A stretch of DNA of 64,000 nucleotides, taken from the IMG/VR virus record IMGVR_UViG_3300044691_000347, positions 27,378 through 91,377 of that record; one strand, 5' to 3'. The notes under the pieces were generated by a model. The model was not told the DNA's origin. It saw nothing but the letters and a program-made list of their open reading frames with translations, and did no database searches. This document shows positions 8,568 through 16,842 of this stretch, one piece after another. The DNA is from a virus. How positions within the stretch are numbered: the stretch's first letter is position 1; every line of letters begins with the position of its first letter. The translations under genes and the position numbers were made by a program.

Positions 8568-9046
8568 TTCGAATCCCCCTCGCCGGGCGCGGCGGCCATG
8601 ATGGGCTCGCACCGCCATGTGACGGTTTCGACCTTGCGGGTTTTGGTGATCTTGGGTGCGGCAGCGATGTAGTCCGGATCGGGTACTTTTTCGACGATTG
8701 TCTCGACACCGGTCACGACGCGCGTGCATACCGCTTCGCGTCGGTCGGTGAGCCGAAGCAGCATAGCCCGCAGCGGTACGGTGGCGTCGAAAAAGTCGCT
8801 GTCGTAATGCTTTTCGATCACACCGGTAGCGATGGGCATCAGCTGCCGGATGGTCTCGGCCATCACTGAGCGATTGTCGTCCTTGTGCTCGTATGCGGCG
8901 GCATGCATAGGCCATAGGGTGCGCTCGAATGCTTGGCCGATCATCGCCGCCAAGTGCGGATTGTCCTCGATCAAGTCGGCGATGTCACGCAGGTCGGCGG
9001 CGATATCGGCAGGGTTTTTGCTGCCGGTGACGGGTTTGATGTTCAT
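8564..9046 (-). CDS. hypothetical protein
   Basis: MNIKPVTG...TDRREAVCTRVVTG...VTWRCEP; overlaps. Confidence 0.7.
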   Translation of the reverse strand: MNIKPVTGSKNPADIAADLRDIADLIEDNPHLAAMIGQAFERTLWPMHAAAYEHKDDNRSVMAETIRQLMPIATGVIEKHYDSDFFDATVPLRAMLLRLTDRREAVCTRVVTGVETIVEKVPDPDYIAAAPKITKTRKVETVTWRCEPIMAAAPGEGDSK

Positions 9047-9282
9047 CAGTTGTCCTTGTGGTCTTGGAGGAATGCGTCGCAGCGGGCACGCAGTTCGCGG
9101 ACTTCGCGGGCGGGCAGGTCGGCGCGGATGGCGTGAATAGGGTTGTCGTCCAACCCGACTCGAACGGAAAACAGTTCGGCACCGTCTTCGCATCCGACCT
9201 CAACTGCGTAGCCTTCGTGGTCGATCAGGGGCGCGGCACCGTAGAGGGTGACGCGCCGCCCGTCGTCGTGGCGAGTGATCAC
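9046..9282 (-). CDS. hypothetical protein
   Basis: GTG start overlapping the upstream stop. Confidence 0.55.
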   Translation of the reverse strand: MITRHDDGRRVTLYGAAPLIDHEGYAVEVGCEDGAELFSVRVGLDDNPIHAIRADLPAREVRELRARCDAFLQDHKDN

Positions 9283-9605
9283 GCGGCCCGCTCGGTCGCA
9301 GTTTCGCCCGCATACACGGCCCACCAGTAATTCACGGTGATGTGGGTGTCGTGGTCGGTGGATCGGTCGGCGCGTTCGAGGATGCAACGCGCCCCGTCTA
9401 CAGCATGTGCACCGCACAGATTCGCGTCGGTCACGATGTAGCCCTCGTCGGGGTCGTCGACTGTGTACTCCACGTAGACGGCTGATAGGTGCGCGCATTC
9501 GTCGCACTCGGTGTCGAGGAACTGGCGGGCGTCGCGGTCGACTGTCCCGGTGAAAGCTGGTGCCCAGTCAGGGATGTCGAGGAGGCCGCGGATGTCGATG
9601 TTCAT
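9279..9605 (-). CDS. Cys-containing hypothetical protein
   Basis: ORF track; packing. Confidence 0.65.
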   Translation of the reverse strand: MNIDIRGLLDIPDWAPAFTGTVDRDARQFLDTECDECAHLSAVYVEYTVDDPDEGYIVTDANLCGAHAVDGARCILERADRSTDHDTHITVNYWWAVYAGETATERAA

Positions 9606-9721
9606 GCCGCTACCTCAAGTTCGATGCGGACGACGATTTCGCCCTGGTAGTCGCAGGTGAAGCAGCCTTGCCCGTTGCAAACCTCGTGGATGACTGGGAT
9701 GTCCTCGAACATGTCGCTCAT
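9602..9721 (-). CDS. small Cys-containing protein, first gene of a leftward unit
   Basis: Hand translation MSDMFEDIPVIHEVCNGQGCFTC...; AAGGA RBS. Confidence 0.5.
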   Translation of the reverse strand: MSDMFEDIPVIHEVCNGQGCFTCDYQGEIVVRIELEVAA

Positions 9722-9772
9722 CGGGTGTCCTTCGCTTGGTGCCGGTGCCAGCCGGTCCGTGTGATGTATTCG

Positions 9773-9802
9773 ACTCTATCGTAGACAGTACGATACATGC
9801 AA
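9773..9802 (-). promoter_or_regulatory. SigA-like promoter (leftward)
   Basis: TTGCAT-N18-TAGAGT with TACGATA motifs in the spacer. Confidence 0.55.
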
Positions 9803-9847
9803 TAGGTATCTACATGTAGTTTGCTGCGATCTTCTGAGACAAACCTC

Positions 9848-9876
9848 TTGTATACGATCTATCATACTTGTAGGCT
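9848..9876 (+). promoter_or_regulatory. SigA-like promoter (rightward island)
   Basis: TTGTAT-N17-TAGGCT, followed by a GAGGAG RBS and the ORF at 9910. Confidence 0.7.
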
Positions 9877-9909
9877 TAGCGTAGATCGTATCGACACGAG
9901 GAGCCCCAG

Positions 9910-10134
9910 ATGACCGCCTGCACTACTCCCGCCCGTTGCCCCAAGTGCCGCTGCCGCATCGAGGAGGACTGGGAGCGCGACTACGTCGCGCAGGTCGGGC
10001 AGTGCCGGGACTGCGTACAGGACGCACAGCCTTCCTGCCGCATATGCCACGACACCTACCTGATGAACGTCGAGCGCGGCACCTGCGGCCTGTGTGAAGG
10101 CGCGTACGAGAACGCCATCCTCGGCATCTACTAG
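9910..10134 (+). CDS. Cys-rich miniprotein (four CxxC)
   Basis: CPKC, CRDC, CRIC, CGLC; RBS GAGGAG. Confidence 0.75.
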   Translation: MTACTTPARCPKCRCRIEEDWERDYVAQVGQCRDCVQDAQPSCRICHDTYLMNVERGTCGLCEGAYENAILGIY

Positions 10135-10207
10135 CCCGTTTGCATCGCGCTCGGGAGTCCGGGCGCGATGTCGACCAACAAAACCTCCACTCGCACAGGA
10201 GATTCCG

Positions 10208-10519
10208 GTGATCACTCTTGCCGACTGTTTCGCGACCGTCCGGCCGTACATTCTCTTCGGGCGCACCCGCTACAGCGCGAGTTGCACGACGTGCGGTACG
10301 TCCTGTAGCGGTTGGACCGAACGGCAGGCACGAGCCGAGTTCGAAGCGCATCGCGCGATCCCTGCACCGCCCGACGATGTTTTGGCGGCTCCGCTCACTC
10401 AGGCGATCGTCGCCGAGTACCCCTACTACTACATCCGGGGCCGCGGTCACCGTCTCGCCGCCATCACCGATTGCGGGCACGGTTACTGGTTGACCGACTC
10501 GTGCCCTTGCTGCCCGTAA
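10208..10519 (+). CDS. Cys-rich hypothetical protein
   Basis: CAGGAG RBS, GTG start; CTTC...CGHG...SCPCCP. Confidence 0.7.
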   Translation: MITLADCFATVRPYILFGRTRYSASCTTCGTSCSGWTERQARAEFEAHRAIPAPPDDVLAAPLTQAIVAEYPYYYIRGRGHRLAAITDCGHGYWLTDSCPCCP

Positions 10520-10549
10520 CCTACTGCTGTACAGGAGAATTCGATCATC

Positions 10550-10672
10550 ATGTGGGACAGTTCTGAAACCCAATTTTGTGCCGAATGTCAGCTCTACCAC
10601 TATCGAGACGAATGCACGGATCCGAATTTCAACGACCCGGCTAACTGGCGGCCGGACAGGAGAATCCGGTGA
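10550..10672 (+). CDS. small Cys-containing protein
   Basis: Hand translation MWDSSETQFCAECQLYHYRDECTDP... Confidence 0.45.
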   Translation: MWDSSETQFCAECQLYHYRDECTDPNFNDPANWRPDRRIR

Positions 10673-10899
10673 CCGCGATCTGTAGCGAGAATCTGATTCT
10701 GGGTGTCGCGATCATGTCGACCGCATCAAGCGGCTACGAACCTAGTCATGGCTGCCGCGCCTGCGGCATCCCGTTGTGGCTCGTCTGGTCGTTCGATGAC
10801 ATGCCGTTCGCTGCCTGCCCGCACTGTGGCGAGGAAGCCGAACAGATCCGCTACTGCCCGTCATGTGACCGCCCTGGCTGCCGCAACCCCGGCTGCTAA
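10669..10899 (+). CDS. Cys-rich miniprotein
   Basis: CRAC, CPHC, CPSC...C. Confidence 0.65.
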   Translation: MTAICSENLILGVAIMSTASSGYEPSHGCRACGIPLWLVWSFDDMPFAACPHCGEEAEQIRYCPSCDRPGCRNPGC

Positions 10900-10931
10900 C
10901 CCCGATCCCCCCAACCAACCAGGAGATTCCA

Positions 10932-11219
10932 GTGACAACGATTGATGATTTGACCCGCGGGCAGCAAGTGATGCTTCGGTTCTGCGGCAGCACTGAACTC
11001 GGCCACAAGCCGTACACCGAGGAGGCGAACTTCCGCGGCGTCATCGGCAAAGCCGAGGATCGGCGCGCGGTCTTCGAGTCCGTTGACGGAGACGGCAGTA
11101 CCTACAAGTGGAACGCATACCGCTTCGAGGGCGATTGGGCGTACGGAACCTCTGCGGAGCGGCTGCAATTCGTGCGGGCCATTGATCCGGCAGCGTCTAT
11201 CGGCAAGGCGGTGGCGTAA
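10932..11219 (+). CDS. hypothetical protein
   Basis: CAGGAG RBS, GTG start. Confidence 0.75.
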   Translation: MTTIDDLTRGQQVMLRFCGSTELGHKPYTEEANFRGVIGKAEDRRAVFESVDGDGSTYKWNAYRFEGDWAYGTSAERLQFVRAIDPAASIGKAVA

Positions 11220-11530
11220 TGTCTCGACGTTTAACGAACGCTGAAGTGCTACGGATCTTGCGCATGCACGTCGACCAGGCAACGAAACCGCGTGAGATCG
11301 CCCGCAAGCTGAAAGTCAGCGTGAACACTGTCAACGGCATTCTGTGGGGTCTCTCACATCTCAATATTACCCAGGGCCGCAACGTGTCTCAAGCACGACA
11401 GAACACTGCGGAACGCGCCGAACTGATCCGCGTCGTGTATGCGGCAACCGGCAGCAAAACTGCTGCCGCACGGGCCGCCGGCGTCACCTGGCAGGGCGCG
11501 AACTATCACCTGACGAAGGATGCGGCATGA
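11219..11530 (+). CDS. tandem HTH DNA-binding protein
   Basis: REIARKLKVSVNTVNGIL and TAAARAAGVTWQGANYHL. Confidence 0.75.
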   Translation: MSRRLTNAEVLRILRMHVDQATKPREIARKLKVSVNTVNGILWGLSHLNITQGRNVSQARQNTAERAELIRVVYAATGSKTAAARAAGVTWQGANYHLTKDAA

Positions 11531-12144
11531 GATGGATGCCCGTAGAGTCATATCGGGAGTTCGTTTCGAACACTCGCGATCACACAATGACGATCCTGCA
11601 TGATGACGGCCTGTACCGGCATGTGCGGTTTCAACGGCCAGGTTCGAGCATCTACCGGTTCGATCTGGTGACCTGGCCCGGTCATCTGTCGATTACGGGC
11701 GATCTGGAGTCGTACACGTTCGCACGTGACCTGGACATGTTCGAGTTCTTCGCGAGCACACCCGGTCACATCAATCCGGGGTATTGGGCGGAGAAGATCC
11801 GCGCCGGGTCGTCGCCGATGGAGCATTCGCCCGCGAGGTTTAAACAGGCCGTTGTACAACATTTTTGGGATAGTCGCGCCATGTACCCTGGCGAGTCTGT
11901 GCAACTGTTCCAGGCAATCCGTGCGGATGTCCTGGATTACAGCGAGTACGAGGAAACAGCGCGTGGTGCGCTCGACAGTTTCCGGTACAACTCTATCAAC
12001 AGCTACCGCGTGTTCGACTTCGCCGACTGGCGGGATTGGGATCTCGCCGATTGGTCCGTTCACTACCTGTGGTCGTTGCACGCGATCGTGTGGGGTATCG
12101 ACCAGTACCGGAAGGCGACTGCATCAATCGAGGTGCCGGCATGA
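11527..12144 (+). CDS. conserved phage hypothetical protein
   Basis: HTMTILHDDGLYRHVRF...FDLVTWPGHLSITGD...DMFEFF...INPGYWAEK, a recurrent phage family of unknown function. Confidence 0.85.
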   Translation: MRWMPVESYREFVSNTRDHTMTILHDDGLYRHVRFQRPGSSIYRFDLVTWPGHLSITGDLESYTFARDLDMFEFFASTPGHINPGYWAEKIRAGSSPMEHSPARFKQAVVQHFWDSRAMYPGESVQLFQAIRADVLDYSEYEETARGALDSFRYNSINSYRVFDFADWRDWDLADWSVHYLWSLHAIVWGIDQYRKATASIEVPA

Positions 12145-12440
12145 TCTTCGCCGAGCCCCGTTATCGGCAAGTCCGCATCGGCCTGTGCCATCCGCCCACC
12201 CCGCACGAGATGGAGGCCCGCTACCGCTGCATTGATGCCCGGCATGAAGGGGTGCTCCATAACAGCAACGCAGACGCCACCTGGTGCTTGTGCGGGCGCG
12301 TGGTTCGCCCCGGGGATTGCGGGCGTCGGTTGTCTCTGTACGAGCGCGCGGAGTCGGACTGCAACCGTCGGGACGAGGTGGGCCGGAAGGCTCGCGCGTA
12401 TCTGGCGGGGATGCAAGCCGAAGGCGAGGTCGCGGCATGA
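12141..12440 (+). CDS. hypothetical protein
   Basis: MIFAEP; ATGA overlaps. Confidence 0.6.
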   Translation: MIFAEPRYRQVRIGLCHPPTPHEMEARYRCIDARHEGVLHNSNADATWCLCGRVVRPGDCGRRLSLYERAESDCNRRDEVGRKARAYLAGMQAEGEVAA

Positions 12441-12676
12441 CGCTGCACCGGCCCGGTGAGTCGATCCCCGACATTCCGGTGCCGCACCTTCTGGAGGAGT
12501 GCCCACCTGATCTGTTGCCGCGGCGCGGTGAGGATGGTTGCTCGTGCCTGCGCGGTGAATGCAGTCTTCGATGGGCACATGACGGCGACGTGCACGCGCA
12601 GGTGAGCTTGTCCGGTTTGGTGCTGGATGTGTGGGAGCACGATTGCGTCACTGAGGAAGAGGAGTGGTGGATGTGA
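12437..12676 (+). CDS. hypothetical protein (frame continues past TGA to 12844)
   Basis: CSLRWAHDGDVH motif; in-frame continuation VYGADDAAH... Confidence 0.6.
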   Translation: MTLHRPGESIPDIPVPHLLEECPPDLLPRRGEDGCSCLRGECSLRWAHDGDVHAQVSLSGLVLDVWEHDCVTEEEEWWM

Positions 12677-12863
12677 GTGTATGGCGCGGACGATGCAGCG
12701 CATGCAGTGAAGGAAGCTGAGCGGCGCCGGTGGGCTACCAAGGGCCGTAGTCCTGCGGTCGCAGTTGAAGCGGTGCAGCGGCGGGTGCTGCCTTTGGTGC
12801 CTGCGTGGATGCCGATCACTGGAGAGTCTTCGAAAAGATCTTGATACGATAGCTCATATCGTA

Positions 12864-12892
12864 TTGCATACGCGCTACTCTTCTTGTAGGCT
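12864..12892 (+). promoter_or_regulatory. SigA-like promoter with adjacent inverted-repeat operator (12844-12864)
   Basis: TTGCAT-N17-TAGGCT; ATACGATA-N5-TATCGTAT abutting the -35. Confidence 0.7.
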
Positions 12893-12926
12893 TCTAGGTA
12901 TCAGCCAGTCAGCCAAGGAGCCGAAA

Positions 12927-13115
12927 ATGAGCCACCTCATCACCTCCGAGACAGTCCAGTCGGGCGACGCGATCCGGGAAGGGGCACACGTCTACACGAT
13001 CGAGAGTGTCCGCCGTGTCCTGCTCACCGACTACGGCTACCAGTCCAATGCGATCGTGAAGACAAGCGAAGGCCCCAAGACGATGTGGGCCGGCGCGATC
13101 TACCACCGCGCATGA
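12927..13115 (+). CDS. hypothetical protein
   Basis: AAGGAG RBS; MSHLITSET. Confidence 0.7.
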   Translation: MSHLITSETVQSGDAIREGAHVYTIESVRRVLLTDYGYQSNAIVKTSEGPKTMWAGAIYHRA

Positions 13116-13158
13116 CCGTCAGCTTCCCTGCCGTCAACGCGCCAGACCAGGAGCCGAG

Positions 13159-13359
13159 TTGACTGCCATATTGCCAGATACGAACCTCGTCGGGGTTGGA
13201 GATTTCGCCTATGCCGAGTGGTACGTGACTCTCGACGATCTCTCGGATTATCACGGCCGCGCGCACGAAGACTGCGAGGTTTGTGAATATTTGGCCGACA
13301 TGGATTACCTCTCGAACTGTGACGCACTCACAGACGCGCTGAACTGGGGCCCGAAATGA
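13159..13359 (+). CDS. hypothetical protein
   Basis: AGGAG RBS, TTG start; HEDCEVC. Confidence 0.55.
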   Translation: MTAILPDTNLVGVGDFAYAEWYVTLDDLSDYHGRAHEDCEVCEYLADMDYLSNCDALTDALNWGPK

Positions 13360-13616
13360 TCATCGCAGTCCTCGCCGACGCCTTCGAGCTGGTGTATGTG
13401 TGCAACGGCTGGACCCGCACCAGCCAACATGCCACCCGCGAAGCCGCTACGCAGTGCCTCAACGAGACGATCGCGGGCAAGGTGTGGGTGCGTCCGGTTG
13501 GTCGCCGGAACTGGTTGTACGCGAGCTGCACTGGCCTCGATTGCAGCGGTCTCCCGCATGCGGATGACAGCCACTCGCATCGAGTCGGGTACTACGAGAT
13601 TTGTCCGACCGCCTGA
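13356..13616 (+). CDS. hypothetical protein
   Basis: ATGA overlap. Confidence 0.55.
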   Translation: MIIAVLADAFELVYVCNGWTRTSQHATREAATQCLNETIAGKVWVRPVGRRNWLYASCTGLDCSGLPHADDSHSHRVGYYEICPTA

Positions 13617-13735
13617 AAAGTCCACTGCGGTCCGGTTCTACGGCACAAGGGTGTGCCGGTCGGCGACAATGACGTCCCGGCATCTTGGACCGGACCGCTC
13701 TCCCACTCCCTCAACACTTTTCGTAGACAGGAATC

Positions 13736-13966
13736 TTGATGCAGCTCACCTACACTGCCGACTGGGTTCAGACCACACGCACCCGCAGAACGCTGGAGAT
13801 CGGCATATATCTCGCGGAAGTGACCCACAATCGGGAGCCGTTCATGTGGGATGTGGACTCTGACCGCGGCGACCGACCAGCATTCGCGGGCGGCTGCGAA
13901 ACAAGCTGGGAACTCGCCTGCGCTGCCGCCGAAGCCGCTATCCGCGAGCATCACGCCGCACAGTAG
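13736..13966 (+). CDS. hypothetical protein
   Basis: ORF track; CAGGA RBS. Confidence 0.65.
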   Translation: MMQLTYTADWVQTTRTRRTLEIGIYLAEVTHNREPFMWDVDSDRGDRPAFAGGCETSWELACAAAEAAIREHHAAQ

Positions 13967-14003
13967 CCCTCAATAGCGCCCCCAAACCCTGAAGGATCAA
14001 CTG

Positions 14004-14174
14004 ATGGATCTCCATGAAGCCGAACAGATCATTGCCGGCGTGCGCGCCCTGGCCGATCGCTGGAACAGCGCAACGGTGATCGGTGCTATCTCCGGCGAGG
14101 AACGGCCGGATCTCATCACCCAAGGTTTCGCCGAACAATTGTACGCCGTACTTCCCGAGGAGAACGAGTCATGA
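14004..14174 (+). CDS. small hypothetical protein
   Basis: Hand translation MDLHEAEQIIAGVRALADRW; GAAGGA RBS. Confidence 0.6.
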   Translation: MDLHEAEQIIAGVRALADRWNSATVIGAISGEERPDLITQGFAEQLYAVLPEENES

Positions 14175-14449
14175 CCGACCTCAATGACCGGTTCCATGAG
14201 CAGATTCGACAGCTTCTAGCGGACAAGCATAGTTACGGCGGCTTCGTTATCGAGGTGACCCACGTGTCCGAGGTTGTCAAGCGTGGCGGCTTCTTCGGTA
14301 CACCGTGGGAGGAGACGTCGCTGACCGTGTTCTACAGGAATCCGAACGGTAACGATGCCGAGGTCGAGATCCCATACAATCTTCGCGAGCTGATCGCGCT
14401 GTTGCCTGACGCTGCCGAGTTTTTGCGGGCATTCGATGACCGTTCCTGA
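14171..14449 (+). CDS. hypothetical protein
   Basis: ORF track; ATGA overlap. Confidence 0.65.
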   Translation: MTDLNDRFHEQIRQLLADKHSYGGFVIEVTHVSEVVKRGGFFGTPWEETSLTVFYRNPNGNDAEVEIPYNLRELIALLPDAAEFLRAFDDRS

Positions 14450-14594
14450 CGAGCCCGCCGACCGCCCGGATCTTGCTGCGTGGCGTCGCCGGCATCAGCT
14501 TCGCAAGTCGAGTGCGGCGCAACCGATCCCGTCCGGCACCGAGTACAAGCGGAAACCGAAGACCGAGCAGGAGAAGGATAAACGCGATGAGTGA
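14436..14594 (+). CDS. small basic protein
   Basis: Hand translation MTVPDEP...RRRHQLRKSSAAQPIPSGTEYKRKPK...; overlaps both neighbours. Confidence 0.5.
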   Translation: MTVPDEPADRPDLAAWRRRHQLRKSSAAQPIPSGTEYKRKPKTEQEKDKRDE

Positions 14595-14916
14595 GCAGTT
14601 GGTTTCGGATGTAGAGCGTGCGTTGTGGATGGCTGAGACGGAGGAAAGCGCCGCGCTGGAGGTGCCCGCGGCTGACCTGCTGCGTGAGCTGGCGAAGCTC
14701 GGCTACGCGGTGGTGAAGCTGCCGGACATGGAGGTCGATGATCCGGAGATGGCTACTTGGCCCGTGGATTCTGCCGAGCGCATCGTCGTCGCGCCGACGA
14801 CGATGGGGCTGATCGACATCCGCGGCCGCAACTCATTCATGACTGCCGATGCAGCCTTGGCGCTTGCTGCGGCCCTGATCGCCGCCGCACAGCACGTGAA
14901 GGAGAACCGCGCGTGA
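14587..14916 (+). CDS. hypothetical protein
   Basis: MSEQLVSD...GYAVVKLP...AALALAAALIAAA, a common actinophage family. Confidence 0.7.
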   Translation: MSEQLVSDVERALWMAETEESAALEVPAADLLRELAKLGYAVVKLPDMEVDDPEMATWPVDSAERIVVAPTTMGLIDIRGRNSFMTADAALALAAALIAAAQHVKENRA

Positions 14917-15125
14917 AGATTGTTGAGTCCCGCACTGGCAATTGGTATTACCATCTCGGCGACGATCCGTCTGGACTCATCGCATGGTGCGGCGCGAAAA
15001 CCATGCACAGTTATGCCAGGCTAGATACTTGGGGACTGGTGACCCACATCGGGGAACGATACTGCGGCGAGTGCCGACGTCTCGCAGATTCGGCCGCCCA
15101 GCATGAGATGGGAACGGGCAAATGA
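14913..15125 (+). CDS. small Cys/His protein
   Basis: YH...AWCG...YCGEC. Confidence 0.6.
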   Translation: MKIVESRTGNWYYHLGDDPSGLIAWCGAKTMHSYARLDTWGLVTHIGERYCGECRRLADSAAQHEMGTGK

Positions 15126-15601
15126 GACGTGAAATGTTGTGTTGGTCGACGGGGCCGCGCATAAGCGGTGAGGGTATCCCTTACTGTCTCAAATTGGCTG
15201 GTCACGAGGGTCAGCACGAGTCGCATCCGGATTCAGGTTTAGATGTGTCGTGGGGTGATCCGCTGTGCATGGCAAATCCGGACACGATCCGCACTGCATG
15301 GATGCCCGACGAGCTGAAAGGCCCGTACGGCGGCAATGAGCCTGTCACCACTGGCATCGTAAAACCGCTCGTGTTGGAGGATCTTCGGCGTCTGGTAGCG
15401 GCTACGGAGGGTTGGGCGCCGCAGACGATCGTGCAGGTGCAGCATCCGGACGACCTGTCGGTGAGCCCGAAGCGTTGCCGGACCGCACTGGCAGTCGTAC
15501 GCGGCAGTAGTTCAGCGCCTCGAAAGATCGGTACCGGCAATGACGCTGACGTGATGGGCGAATATTTGAGTGCACGGGAGGAGTGGGGCGATGCTCTCTG
15601 A
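15122..15601 (+). CDS. hypothetical protein
   Basis: CLKLAGHEGQH motif; overlaps. Confidence 0.6.
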   Translation: MRREMLCWSTGPRISGEGIPYCLKLAGHEGQHESHPDSGLDVSWGDPLCMANPDTIRTAWMPDELKGPYGGNEPVTTGIVKPLVLEDLRRLVAATEGWAPQTIVQVQHPDDLSVSPKRCRTALAVVRGSSSAPRKIGTGNDADVMGEYLSAREEWGDAL

Positions 15602-16160
15602 CCCGCGCCCACTCCTGTATGTCGATGTCGATGGCGTACTAAATCCGTACGCGGCGAAAGCGCATCGCCGGCCGGAAGGCTATGGCACGCATCGGCCTAT
15701 GCCGCCGTCGTGGGTCGGGGGTACGGACGCGATGGGCCGCAAGGTGAAGTCGTTGCGGGTATGGCTGAACCCGTCGCACGGTCCAGCACTGCTCGCTCTC
15801 ACCGACCGGTTCGAGCTGTGGTGGGCGACGACGTGGCAGCATGAGGCGAACGAGTTCATCGGTCCACTGATCGGCTTGCCGGAGCTGCCTGTGGTCGAGT
15901 GGACGGGGCCGATGTTCGGGAATGGCCCCGACGGAACGTTTTGGAAGACCACGCAACTCGTCGAACACGCTGCGGGGCGCCCGTTCGCGTGGATCGACGA
16001 CGACATTAGCGACGATGACCGCCAGTATGTTGCGCGCCAGCATCCCGGGCCAGCGCTGCTGCACTACGTGAATCCAGCTCTCGGGTTGCTGGACGGCGAC
16101 TTCGCGACGATGGCGAACTGGGCTACGAGCTTGAACGACGTGGAAGGATGGGCGGCATGA
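15591..16160 (+). CDS. HAD-superfamily protein (HAD_SAK_2-like, Swiss-army-knife RNA-repair type)
   Basis: LYVDVDGVLN, WATTW, WK and FAWIDDD motifs. Confidence 0.85.
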   Translation: MLSDPRPLLYVDVDGVLNPYAAKAHRRPEGYGTHRPMPPSWVGGTDAMGRKVKSLRVWLNPSHGPALLALTDRFELWWATTWQHEANEFIGPLIGLPELPVVEWTGPMFGNGPDGTFWKTTQLVEHAAGRPFAWIDDDISDDDRQYVARQHPGPALLHYVNPALGLLDGDFATMANWATSLNDVEGWAA

Positions 16161-16218
16161 GTGACAACCCCGTTCCCGCGAAATCGCTTAGGGCAGCGAG
16201 CAGCACGTATATAATGCA

Positions 16219-16352
16219 GGGGTGACCATGTTCCCTTTCGAGGGATCGCAACTGTCTGATTTTCGGCGTGTCAGCCGCGAGTCGACATCGCCCCTCCGAG
16301 GGGACGTGAACCAATCGAGCCCCTGGACGGTCTTCACGTCCAAGGGCTCGAT
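16219..16352 (+). ncRNA. candidate structured small RNA with its own promoter and terminal hairpin
   Basis: TATAAT at 16210-16215; GGGGTGA/TCGCCCC closing stem; UUCG hairpin; terminal hairpin 16314-16352. Confidence 0.4.
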
Positions 16353-16443
16353 CAGGGGTATCAGGCTGATCGCTCAGCATTGACGTGGCGATCGTACTCG
16401 ATCGTCGCCGGCCCTATCGGTGTCGCACGCTACGATCCGTGAC

Positions 16444-16578
16444 ATGTCAGATGAGCTGGTAGTGCGTGAGTGTGTGATCTGCGGTGAGGCCGCCGAACCT
16501 GGCCGGTGGATGCTGTGCGACACCTGCCGGGCTCGGATCGAAGAGAACAACCGGACGAACTGGGGCGGCGAGTCTTAG
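16444..16578 (+). CDS. small Zn-ribbon-like protein
   Basis: Hand translation MSDELVVRECVICGEAAEPGRWMLCDTCR; TACGAT 7 nt upstream suggests a leaderless transcript. Confidence 0.5.
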   Translation: MSDELVVRECVICGEAAEPGRWMLCDTCRARIEENNRTNWGGES

Positions 16579-16599
16579 CCGGCGAGATCAGACCCGGGA

Positions 16600-16842
16600 C
16601 TAGAGCAACCCTTGTCGTTTCGCGGCTTCCGTTCGCTCCTGCGGGGTAAGGGTTTTCGGCATCTTCTTTCGATCCACCAGCAGATATAGGACGGCGAACG
16701 CCCCTGTAGCCAGTCCGAAGATGCAGCCCGTCAGCGTTATTCCGATCCAGGACTCATGGTCTGTCCAGGCGCCGAACGCTACGAACGGTGGACCGAACAC
16801 CAGGCATCCGATGATGTACCAATCCCACTCTTTGCGGGTCAT
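16600..16842 (-). CDS. two-TM membrane protein
   Basis: Two hydrophobic stretches; ATGA overlap. Confidence 0.65.
   Translation of the reverse strand: MTRKEWDWYIIGCLVFGPPFVAFGAWTDHESWIGITLTGCIFGLATGAFAVLYLLVDRKKMPKTLTPQERTEAAKRQGLL

Noticed and set aside
16219-16298. tRNA or tmRNA gene
   Set aside because: The size and closing stem fit, but there is no TTCRA T-loop, D-loop GG, clean anticodon arm or CCA. Kept only as a candidate ncRNA.
9848-16600. Invertible segment explaining the plus-strand island
   Set aside because: No flanking inverted repeats or dedicated invertase were found. The island has its own promoters, which explains its orientation.
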